Below are positions 1 to 10,800 of a stretch of 64,000 bases of DNA, in pieces. Made by a program: the position numbers and the translations under genes. Positions within the stretch are counted from its first letter, which is position 1. Every line of letters begins with the position of its first letter. The notes below the pieces were generated by a model that saw only the letters and a program-made list of their open reading frames with translations, was not told where the DNA came from and made no database searches. The stretch covers positions 20,212,001-20,276,000 of the forward strand of contig NC_043006.1 in NCBI RefSeq assembly GCF_006345805.1, in the 5' to 3' direction. This DNA is from Octopus sinensis (taxonomy: Eukaryota).

Positions 1-710
1 GCTGACTGCATGCCTAGTGTTCTTTGCTGCAGTATAAGAATGCAGTTCTTTCATATTTGAATTTATCTTGATTATCTTTTCAGTAGGTTTCCTGTATTTT
101 GTATTAATATATAAAACCATCTTTAGACTTCTGTTTCAAATATTCTTCACATGTATGATGCCTGCATTACTTTGTGTAGTTATCTTCAAATATATGTAGC
201 CTGTCTGATAGAAATTGCAGGTGCACTTCTTTAGATCTATTTTGTCTTATCTTTTTCTCCGTTTCACTCGTTAGACTGGCCATGCTGAGGCACTGCCCTG
301 AAGAATTTTATTTTAGTTGAATGAATTGACCCTAGTACTTTTTTTTTTTTTTTTTTTTTTTTTAAGCTTGGTACTTGCTCTATCAGTCACTTTTTTCAAA
401 CCACTAAGTTATGGGGGTGTAAACACAACAGCACCAGTTGTGAAGTGGTGGTGGGGTGTGGGTACATGCATACATACTTACACACACACACATGTACACA
501 CAATGGTCCTCTTTCACTTTTTGCAGACCAAATCCACTCACAAAGCTTTTATCAGCCCAATGATATAGAAGACACTTGCCCAAGGTACCACAGAGCCACA
601 CCTGCACCTAGATGTTTAAACATTATTTTGAGCAAATGTTTTTTTTTTTTCCCCAAATGTTATTATTGAAGGGCTATTGATTGGCAGAATACTTTTATGT
701 TTTACATTAT

Positions 711-1010
711 TCGACTGGCTTCTGTGCCGGTGGCATGTAAAAAGCACCATCCGAACGTGGCCGATGCCAGCGCCGCCTTGACTGGCTTCCGTGCCGGTGG
801 CACGTTAAAAGCACCAACCGATCGTGGCTGCTGCCAGTGGCACATAAAAAGCACCCACTACACTCGTGGAGTGGTTGGCGTTAGGAAGGGCATCCAGCTG
901 TAGAAACACTGCCAGATCAGACTGGAGCCTGGTGCAACCTCCTGGCTTCCCAGACCCCAGTCGAACCATCCAACCTGTGCTAGCGCGAAAACGGACGTTA
1001 AACGATGATG
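711..1010 (+). mobile_element. 5'-truncated RTE-clade LINE 3' UTR with tandem array
   Basis: GGTGGCACGTAAAAAGCACC units, GGTTGGCGTTAGGAAGGGCATCC module, (GAT)n tail; 25-bp direct repeat ATTGATTGGCAGAATACTTTTATGT at 676-700 and 1011-1035. Confidence 0.85.
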
Positions 1011-1199
1011 ATTGATTGGCAGAATACTTTTATGTGATAGTTGTAAACGAGTGTCACCATCATACAAGCAAAGTCCTTGTTTCCACTATTCTCTGGAAAG
1101 GTATGTGGTCATGCGATGTTATCTTACTTGGAAACAAGTGAGGGTTGGTTGCAGGAAAGGCATCCAGCTGTAGAAAATTTACTGCACCAAGTTCCAGCC

Positions 1200-1490
1200 A
1201 ACCCATCATCATCATCATTATTTAGTGTCTGCTTTTCATGCTGGCATGGGTTAGATGGTTTGACTGGAGTTGGAAAGCTGCACCAAGTTCCAGTCAGGTT
1301 CGGCATAGTTTCTGTAGGTGGATACCCTTCCTAACGCCAACCACTCCAAGTGTGTAATGGATGCTTTTTATGTGCCACTGGCACAGGTGCTTTTTTATGT
1401 TCCACTGGCGCAGGTGCTTTTCTATGTGCCACCAGCACAGGTGCTTTTGTATGTGCTACTGGCACAGGTACTTTTCTATGTGCCACTGGA
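1200..1490 (-). mobile_element. Older RTE-type 3' UTR copy with ~27-bp minisatellite
   Basis: (CAT)n tail at 1203-1218, degenerate 3' module, about five tandem tatgtgccactggcacaggtgctttt units at 1350-1490. Confidence 0.7.
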
Positions 1491-1678
1491 TGATTTTGGT
1501 TGCTCTTGCTGTTGATACCATCTTTCTCTTCCCTCTTGGAATAGCTAATTTCCTGATGAAGGGTAATGTTTTAGAATGTATCCTCCTTCAGAAATTGTTA
1601 CAAACAGAACCAAAACAGACCGTTTTATCTTCAATATGTTTCCTCTTACTTATGATTCTCTCATAAGTTTAACTTGTC

Positions 1679-1840
1679 GCAGGAGTGGCTGTGTGGTAAG
1701 TAGCTTGCTAACCAACCACATGGTTCCGGGCTCAGTCCCACTGCGTGGCATCTTGGGCAAGTGCCTTCTGCTATAGCCCCGGGCCGACCAATGCCTTGTG
1801 AGTGGATTTGGTAGACGGAAACTGAAAGAAGCCTGTCGTA

Positions 1841-1884
<44 letters not shown>

Positions 1885-2097
1885 TGTGTGTGTATATGTT
1901 TGTGTGTCTGTGTTTGTCCCCCTAGCATTGCTTGACAACCGATGCTGGTGTGTTTACGTCTCCGTCACTTAGCGGTTCGGCAAAAGAGACCGATAGAATA
2001 AGTACTGGGCTTACAAAAGAATAAGTCCCGGGGTCAATTTGCTCGACTAAAGGCGGTGCTCCAGCATGGCCGCAGTCAAGTGACTGAAACAAGTAAA
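1679..2097 (+). mobile_element. tRNA-type SINE family A (GCAGGAGTGGCTGTGTGGTAAG head, internal (TA)n(TG)n)
   Basis: A-box-like TGGCTGTGTGG, B-box-like GGCTCAGTCCC, CTTGGGCAAG core motif; near-identical copies elsewhere in the window. Confidence 0.9.
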
Positions 2098-2910
2098 TTG
2101 TTGATTTTGTTTTTAATTAGTAAAATATCTTGTGATTGTCTTTTGTAAGCATTTTAGTGACAGTGTTCTCTCTCATCATCATTTGTTGAATGTTTAAATC
2201 CAGTTAGTGTTCACCATAGCTAAGTTTCTGTGCCTTGGGCTGTTGTTTGAGCAGATACTATTTACACACTCTTCTCAGATACAAATTCATTACTTCTCAT
2301 TGGCACAACTTCAACTTGTATCATTTCAGTAACATGTTTTCACACATAGCCTAAATAATTTTCATTTCTGTTGGGTAATTTATGGGCAGAACAGCTGCAT
2401 TTGCTGTCACACACACACACACACACATTTAATTTTAGCTAATTTTGCTCAGTTGTGGATTAGTAAGCTTGCTATAAAATACAATAGTTCATTCAAAAAT
2501 ATTTCCTCTTTTAAATTTTAGTTTTTCAAGATTCATTATTATAATTTAAAGCAGTGGGTGACGCCAGATAAAATGTCTTGCTTATTTATGTACTGTCCAA
2601 ATCTCAAGGAAGGTTTTTTTTTTTTTTCCTTTTATCCTTATCAGGTTTATAAAATAGGTACTATTCAAGTACCAGGGTTGGAATTATAACATTCTCCACT
2701 AATTTGTATTTTGTGTTGCCTAGGATAGAAAATTTTAGTTTCATAGCTGAGTAATTGAGTGGGTTTTTTTGGGGGTTTTTTCATGTTAGGATCAGTTTTC
2801 ATCATGTTTAGTGTTAAGTACTTGTAAGTTACTGAGAGGAAGCTAATTTAACCAATTATCTTATCTCTTATGGAAGTCCCTCCCCCATGTACAGTATGTG
2901 TGTATATATA

Positions 2911-2979
<69 letters not shown>

Positions 2980-3021
2980 TTTAACATTACAAACATGGAA
3001 ATGGAACTCAAAGCATGAGTA

Positions 3022-3926
3022 CAGGGTATGGGGTGTCCCCCCAAAATTGACATAATTTTGGAGTCTAATAACATAGCAAATTCTTGCTCAAATGATCTCA
3101 AATTTTAACAAAATGTGTAAAAACTAAGTTTGGATTGGATATGCCAGTGATAGTGACAATACTGTTAAAATATTTTGTGATTTTTCTCTGTGGGGCTGTG
3201 CGAAAGGACTGGTCTATATCCCCTGCTCTTCTTACAAGACTGGAAGAACTTGAGCAGAGAGTCACTGAGGTGCTGGAGAATGTTATGCAAGTCATGCTAC
3301 AGCATGTTTATCAGGTGCTGGACTACTGATTTGACAAGTGTCAAATGTCACTGGTGGTGTACATATTGAACATTTGTGAAGCTTTGTAGAATCTCTCTAT
3401 ATATAAATGGCAGTTTGTCTGTGTGTGTTTCTGTGTGTCTGTCAGGTTGTACCCTCACCCTGACCACGGCTTTCAACCGATTCTGATGAAACTTGACACA
3501 CACATAGCCCAATGTCATAATTCAAAACTAACGCAGAGAAAATTTTGAAAAGTTCCCCCCAGTTCTGAAAAAAATCGATAAATTCGACATGGGGTCGAGA
3601 ATCAGAAACACAAACCACAAACTGTCTAGGGGACGCAACTCCACCTTTTTTAACTCTCAAAAAAAATTTACTATCATTTTTTCCATTTTTTTGCTATAAC
3701 TCTCTAAAAATGCTTTATAGTTATTTCCCTTACAAACCTGAGCAACGCCGGGCGATACTGCTAGTCAGTTATAGAATCTACATATCTCAGAATCTTTTGT
3801 TTGAATTTTGATAAATAAATCTTTTATTGTTCAACATGAAACCTATTTGATTTTGTTTACCTAGGACATGTAGTTATTCAGATATTCACATTTCAAATGA
3901 TGTCAATTTTGCGGGGGGGACACCCT
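3022..3926 (+). mobile_element. Tc1/mariner-superfamily relic (internally deleted)
   Basis: TA-flanked TIRs CAGGGT...GTCCCCCCAAAATTGACAT / ATGTCAATTTTGCGGGGGGACACCCTG; frameshifted transposase C-terminus FFLWG...LEELEQRVTEVLENVMQVMLQHVYQVLDY*...GVHIEHL at ~3175-3378. Confidence 0.8.
3392..3764 (+). mobile_element. Non-autonomous Helitron-type element nested in the mariner relic
   Basis: 5' TC(TCTCTATATATAAA), 3' GCAACGCCGGGCG..CTAG, inserted between A and T with no TSD. Confidence 0.75.
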
Positions 3927-3998
3927 GTATACATATGTATTTTTACATAGAGTAACTGAAGGGTTGAGAGTTTTGTACACTGGTACTTACCAAATACC

Positions 3999-4226
3999 CA
4001 TTTCTTTATTACCCACAAGGGGCTAAACATAGAGGGGACAAACAAGGACAGACATAGGTATTAAGTCGATTACATCGACCCCAGTGCGTAACTGGTGCTT
4101 AATTTATCGACCCCGAAAGGATGAAAAGCAAAGTCGACCTCTGTGGAATTTGAACTCACAACGTAACGGCAGACGAAATACCGCTAAGCATTTCGACCGG
4201 TGTGCTAACGTTTCTGCCAGCTCGCC
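3999..4226 (-). mobile_element. SINE family B (GGCGGCGAGCTGGCAG head)
   Basis: B-box-like GAGTTCAAATTCC; 16-bp TSD GTACTTACCAAATACC at 3983-3998 and 4227-4242. Confidence 0.9.
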
Positions 4227-7200
4227 GTACTTACCAAATACCTGTGCGTTGAATCTTTCAACTCTTGAATCTCTCTATAACTTCTGATATAGAATAAAAA
4301 ATATGTCATTGTCATATTTGTTTTACCTCTGTTTTTCCATGCCTGTTTGGGTCATATGGAGTTTATTGAGGCAGATTTTCTGTGACCAAATGCCCTTCCT
4401 GTTGCCAACCCTCACTTATATCCAAGCAAGTTGATATTTCCTCATGGCGAGATGTATTTTCACAGAATATTGGAAATGAATGATACTGTTTGTATGACAA
4501 TGGCACTCAATTACCATGCTATGTCAAGATCAGAAGACACAAACACACACACACACTCACATAATAGGCTTCTTTCAGTTTCTATCAATGAAATTCACTC
4601 AAGTCTTCAGTCAACTCATAGCTACAGTAGAAAACACCCAAGTGCCACGCAGCAGGACTGAGCTTGAAACTATGTGGTTTGGAAGAAGCAAACATTCAAC
4701 CACACAACCATGCTGCTAAAACAGCTATGCTGGTTGTTACAAGTTGACATTGTAAGATATGTGTTGTAGACCAAGCAAAACCATTTTCAGAGGTGACCCA
4801 AGAGCCTTAAGGTGCTGATACAATTGGAATAGTGACATACGAGCCCATCAAGTCTTCAGGTCTCTTTTCAATGAAGTTTGTATAAGGTCATGTTTCATTA
4901 AGCATAATATCTAAATATATTGCATTATAGACAAAATAAATTCTCAATTTTAACATCCTTTGGCTGTTTAAAGTGGGACATGGACTAGTTTCTTGCCTTT
5001 ATGACAACAACGTGGTCTAGACTTTTTGGATTTATACCATTAGATTCAATTTAAATGACATACAAGGGACATAACTCTCATAAGATCAGTTGATTGAAAT
5101 TTTTAGAAAAGCAATGCAGATCGAAGTGAATACGGTCTTTACTTTCTTCTCTTACATTATTCGCTTGTTTATTAAATGACATCAACTGTAATACAGATAG
5201 CTGGACTTCAATTTTTAGTTTGTTTTAGTATTTTGACTGTTAGTGTAAACAGTATCAGTACCACAAAGTTATTGCAGTCAACTGAACCCTTTTTCCAGGT
5301 AAAATTATCAGCTAATTTATTGATATTTAGTTGGTAATATTTCATTGAAGTAAGGTGGGTGTGACAAGAAAAGGAACAACAACTATAGTATTACTGCTAT
5401 CTCTGTTCACTAGGGAAACTGTTGCTGTTTATATAACACTAGAACAGACTTGCTGTCGATTGGATCTTGCTGATAGGCAACAGGCTATGGAATAGCTGGA
5501 GAAAGCTACAGTAGCATAATTGATGATCTCTTTTGTGTTATGTAATGTGATGGACTTTTGGGAGTTAAGATTTTGAAAAGGTCATACTAGTTTGGGATGG
5601 TAAATATTCAGAAATATTTGTCAAGAGGGAAAAGTGATGCTGTGTTATAAAATATGTTGAATATCAACATCTGTGTTTTACATCTGCTTTCCATGCTGGC
5701 CTGGGTTCGACTGATTTCCAGAGTCAGCAGTTATTTTGGTGGCACTGCTCAGACTGATCAGTAGATTGTATTTCACTTCATGCTTATTTTCCTATGGCCT
5801 GATGGATAGCCTTCCTAAAATCCATCACTTTACAAAGTATACTGTGTGTTCTATTGTGATGCTAGCTTGAGAAAAGTGGCCATGTCCTCAACAAGGCTAA
5901 AGGCTTCTCTTGATCCTATGTCTCTACTCTCTCACCAGCCAGTATATAGAACATTCTGAGTGGATTTATAGTTCAACTACGATGTTGCAGAGTACCCTGA
6001 TGATTTGAATCCCTACTATTCTGTAGTAAAGTGTTTGATTACTTAGGGTGACGTGATTGAGCAAGAACAAGGGTGTGATCGTCGACTCCTTCGCTCTCTC
6101 TCCACAGATGTGTCGTCATAAGAGAATATACACTTCACAGATTGGTTGGAACACTGAAATTTTCAGAGTACATAGGAACCACACTAGTGTTGGTGATACT
6201 ATAAATGCACTCAAAATGAGAGAACACTGATGTCATAAAAAAACATATTAAGCATATTGTCTTGATATGGAGTATTTGGGTTTTCTGATCTGGATAAGTA
6301 ACAAATGAGGTTGTTTAGCCCTAAGTTCTCTGTTTGAAATGACCTATCAAAAACATTTCAGTTATGACCATTTGCCTTTCATCCTTTCAAGGTTGATAAA
6401 CTAAGTGCCAGTTGCATACTGGGGTCGATCTAATCGACTGGCCTCGCCCCCAAAATTTCAGGCCTTGTGCCTAGAGTAGAAAAATCATGACCATTTTTTT
6501 TTTTTTTTATGTCTAGGCATAATGAATCAATGCTTTTCCTTTATCTTTTAAGATGGTAGGGTTAATTGAAGGAGATTTGGCCTCTATTTTTTGTAGTTTG
6601 TGATATTGATGCTCTTGGGCTATCAGTTTATTTACCTGTGCTTTACTATCTACAAATATTTGATGGATTATGTGACAAAAACCAAGTTGGACAAGTTTAA
6701 ACTCAGAAATCTAATAATCTCTGTTCAGTGTAAACCAGAATTCTGTTGTTTTGGTTATAGAAAAATCCCTATTTGATTGATCATGCTGTCATAAGGCCTA
6801 GAATTTTATCATATTCTAACATTATTATATATGAAAGATTTATTCTATAAGAGGACTTAGTTGAAAGATTTATAAATGAGGAAGATAGTTTTTCTCTTGT
6901 GGAATCACTAGAATAGAGATATCAAGGCCCTTAAATATACCAACAGGAATTCACCACTATGTAAGTTTAAGGATCACATGTATATTATCTTAAAACATAC
7001 AGTAAGCTGCTAATTACCAAGCTACCTCATGATAGTCTCTTAATGCTATTTTTTCCATTCTTATGGTTTGAACAAGGTAAAATGACTGAAGATAATGAAA
7101 AATCAATGTTAGCTTGTGTTCTGCTGACTTAGACTTGATTCTGTGGATATAGAGGATTTGAAGTAATTACTGAGACAGGTGAACACGATCTGATTGTGGT

Positions 7201-7529
7201 ATACACCTGTCTTGAAGATATAACTGGATGTTAAGTCTTGGCTGATGTTTATGAGTGAGGTAACTGCATAGGTTTGAATATAAATAGATGATGCAAGCAA
7301 ACTGGGGTTAGTTTATTATAAGTTAGCTTTAAAAGATACCTACAGTAGACAAAAACTGTTAAAATGCTATCAGAACAAACTCGAGAGCCTTGAATTTAAT
7401 GGAGATAAGATTATAAGATTGTGATGCTGAAATACGAACCTATCCAGTCCTTTTGCAGTTTTCATTTGGTACAATATCTAAAATATTTTGTCAGACAGAA
7501 TAATTACAGTTTTGATATTCCTTGTTTGC

Positions 7530-7756
7530 TTAACCCTTTAGTATTTAAACCGGCCATATCCGGCCAAAATAGTTAATCTGTTTTATGTTCAAACTGACCA
7601 GATCCAGGCCCTCGCACCTACCCTACAATGTTATTCTACATTAAGTAATTACACCATCAAGATCTTGAAGATATGAGATAATTCATGATTAATTCAAATC
7701 AATGTGAATCAGTAAGCATTATGTTTGATAGAATAATCTGAACACTAAAGGGTTAA
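7530..7756. mobile_element. piggyBac-like MITE
   Basis: TTAA-CCCTTTAGT...ACTAAAGGG-TTAA termini; related copies at 23111-23339 and 49000-49226. Confidence 0.8.
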
Positions 7757-8137
7757 AGTAGGAAGTGTACAGAATTAGAAATCATTTTGATGCCTTCTAA
7801 GCAAAACTATTTTTTACTTTATAAAGTAAATTTTAGTATTTTCTTTTTAACTTACACACTTTTTGACATACAGTAAGATTAAGGTTAATAGTTGGTGTAC
7901 AGCAAGGTTAACTTCGAGAGTTAATTTCTGTAATTCATTTTTTGGTTGAAGCCATTTCACTTCTATCACTAATATTATTGAGAAGGGTTATAGATATAGC
8001 AATATTATTTCAGTTCTGTGTATCTGAATCTTGGGCCTTACTAAAGGTTAAGTTGATAAGTTTCATCAAACCACAGCCTTTGGAAACAGAGCCATGCAGA
8101 TGTAGACAGACATTTGACTAAATACTTCATCTAGGAT

Positions 8138-8394
8138 CATCATCATTGTTCGACCGTGGTCGAGACTTTCATAGTCTTTTCAAATGGCTAATAATGTGTG
8201 CGCGCGCCACTACTACACACATTGGAAAGCATTGTACAACCAAGTACTAAAGAAGATCTTTCCTCCTCCATGAAACAAAGCTGTTCCCGCTGAACGTCAA
8301 CCCAGTATTTCTAAGCTACGGACCGAGTGATTTATTGTAAGGTTATCTCCCTAGATAGATTGCCTTCACTACGGCTAAGGAGCCCTTTCTACCC
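8138..8394 (-). mobile_element. Short non-autonomous retroposon with RTE-X-like tail
   Basis: 10-bp TSD CATCTAGGAT (8128-8137, 8395-8404); 3' end GTCTCGACCACGGTCGAACAA(TGA)n matches the LINE ends at ~37645-37680 and ~44849-44880. Confidence 0.7.
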
Positions 8395-9224
8395 CATCTA
8401 GGATACTTATAACCTAGTGGTTTGACATCTTGGCTGTCAGATCATGGACTTGATTTTCCAGAGGTTGTGTTGTCTTTGGACAAGGCACTTCATGTTGCGC
8501 CAATTCATTCGTCATCACCACCATTATTTTAATGTCCTCTTTTCCATGCTTGCATGGGTCTCTTAGAATTCATTGAAACAAATTCTCTATAGTTGGATGG
8601 CCTTCCCATAGTCAAGTCTTCTCCTGTTTCCAAATAAGGTAACATTTCCTCATGACCAGACATCGTGGAAGACATGAAACAAACAACATCACTTGTATGA
8701 GGGTGATGCTTATTTATAAACAGCATGTAGTGTTGTCAAGTTTGTCAAAACAAGGGCTCATACACACACACACACACACACACATTTTCTGCTCTTTTAT
8801 CCTATTCTGTTTTGTATGCACCTTGTACCTGGATCTCACATGGCTTTCTCCCCCCCCCCCGTCTCTTTCCCAGGTGGTTAAGCCATATATTCACCTCTTC
8901 AGCAAGTCACCTGCTCCTTGCCCCTCTATCATAGTTTTGTATCCCTCCATTTTGTATTTGCATAAGTCCACAATTTGTCTTGTATGGAATGCAGTTCTCG
9001 TTTGGGCAGGTCCATTTATCTTGTCTCTTGGATCTCCCTGACTGGGTTCAGAAGTGAGTCTCTAATTTGATTGGTCCCTCTCTTGCTTCAATTCTACAAC
9101 CCTTGTCACATCAACATGAAGCTGCCAGTCTTAATCTTTTCTATCATTATTGCACAGGAATTGCTCTGATGAACTTCTCTTAGTTCCATCTTGAAACTCA
9201 GCATCTTCATCCAAATTCAGTAGT

Positions 9225-9627
9225 GCAGGAGTGGCTGTGTGGTAAGTAGCTTGCTAACCAACCACATGGTTGCAGGTTCAGTCCCACTGCGTGGCATCTT
9301 GGGCAAGTGTCTTCTGCTATAGCCCCGGGCCGACCAATGCCTTGTGAGTGGATTTGGTAGACGGAAACTGAAAGAAGCCTGTCGTATATATGTATATATA
9401 TATATGTGTGTGTGTGTGTTTGTGTGTCTGTGTTTGTCCCCCTAGCATTGCTTGACAACCGATGCTGGTGTGTCTACGTCCCCGCCACTTAGCGGTTCGG
9501 CAAAAGAGACCGATAGAATAAGTACTGGGCTTACAAAGAATAAGTTCCGGGGTCGATTTGATCGACTAAAGGCGGTGCTCCAGCATGGCCGCAGTCAAAT
9601 GACTGAAACAAGTAAAAGAGTAAAGAG
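9225..9627 (+). mobile_element. SINE family A, full length
   Basis: Same head, core and AAGTAAAAGAGTAAAGAG tail as 1679-2097. Confidence 0.9.
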
Positions 9628-9800
9628 TGCTTCCACAAATAAGGAAGTTTTCTACGATCATAGCTTTTTTCCTCGAACTGCCAGTCTTTGGAACTTCTTT
9701 CCACCTCATTGTGTTCCTCCTCCTCCTTATGACTGCAACTCTTTCAAATCTAAATTAAATTTATTCCTTTACTCTTAATTTCTCCTTCATAATCCCTTAC
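9628..9800 (+). mobile_element. LINE (CR1/L2/Jockey-type) ORF2 C-terminal fragment
   Basis: FYDHSFFPRTASLWNFFPPHCVPPPPYDCNSFKSKLNLFL* fits the SFFPRT..LWN.LP...FK motif. Confidence 0.7.
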
Positions 9801-9906
9801 ACTGAGTGGCTTCTCACTTGTTTGAGAATTTTTTTCATTGAAAAAGACAAAAATATCTAGGATCTGCATATCTTTGTTCATTCCTATATTACTTCTACCA
9901 AATATT

Positions 9907-10225
9907 ACGGAGATGTACTCGCATAGCAAGTGATTTGATCTGAGATCGTGTGCTGAAACGAAAACAATTGCAGCGTGGAAGGTGTTTGTATGCCATTTAA
10001 GAAACACACAAAAGCCGTTCGATTCACTTCAACATTTAAGTTTAATTTGTCAAAATATTTTCGTCGCTAAAATCTGCGACCTATTCACTGACAAAAATCC
10101 GTGCTGCAGGTCGCGGATTTTAGCAACGAAAATATTTTGACAAATTAAACTTAAATGTTGAAGTGAATCGAACGGCTTTTGTTTGTTTCTTAAATGGCTT
10201 ACAAACACCTTCCACGCTGCAATTG
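9907..10225. mobile_element. Penelope-like fold-back insertion
   Basis: ~120-bp inverted arms 9963-10082 / 10108-10227; 14-bp TSD TTCTACCAAATATT at 9893-9906 and 10226-10239; hammerhead-like motif on the minus strand. Confidence 0.7.
10046..10095 (-). ncRNA. Putative minimal hammerhead ribozyme, G3-U8 core variant
   Basis: Minus strand UUUGUCA-GUGAAUA-G-GUCGC(agauuuua)GCGAC-GAA-AAUAUU-U-UGACAAA gives stem I, core, stem II, GAAA and a palindromic stem III. Confidence 0.5.
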
Positions 10226-10800
10226 TTCTACCAAATATTTTTCTATATTTCCTAGGAACCATTTTTGTGAGGGTAATATTTGTCAGTAATTGAATTATTG
10301 CAGGGGGTTCTACAAAATAATAGTGTGTGCATGTGTTAGAACTATATTTAATCCTTTACCATTCATATTATTCTGTCAAAAGTAATGCTTATGTATTCTC
10401 ACTGTTTTATATTAATCTATGTATATAAAAGAGAATTTGTGTGTGTGTGTGTGTGTGTGTTCCTTATGAATTCAAAAACTAAGTTGCTGATTTTGACATA
10501 TATGGGTATCAAAAGTTTATTTGGTAGTCTTTCTGCTACCAAATAAACTTTATTTTCGTTCACATATTTTCTATGTTACCTTAACAACCAGCTTTAGTTA
10601 TTTGAAAGACACTGCTCTACAATGACCAGGTTTCATTAGAAAGTGAAAATAGTTTCATACTATTTTTGGTTCAAACAATCAGTTTGGACCAAAATTACCA
10701 AGTGTTGCATTATGAGAGTGATTGTGTGTGAATAATGAATGTTTCTCTGAATTAGTCACATCTGTACTACATACAATAAAGAAAGCAGCTTGTCTATATA

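Noticed and set aside
8330-8394. HDV-like ribozyme at the 5' end of the 257-bp element
   Set aside because: A GCC-N8-GGC hairpin and a possible P1 are visible, but I could not place P1.1, P2 and the catalytic C consistently; left as a test only.
9207-9778. Recurrent short ORFs such as MSSNARGTNTDTQ, MTTDAGV, MLAWVGRF and MDGSTGV
   Set aside because: Translations of SINE family A and RTE UTR copies; not genes.
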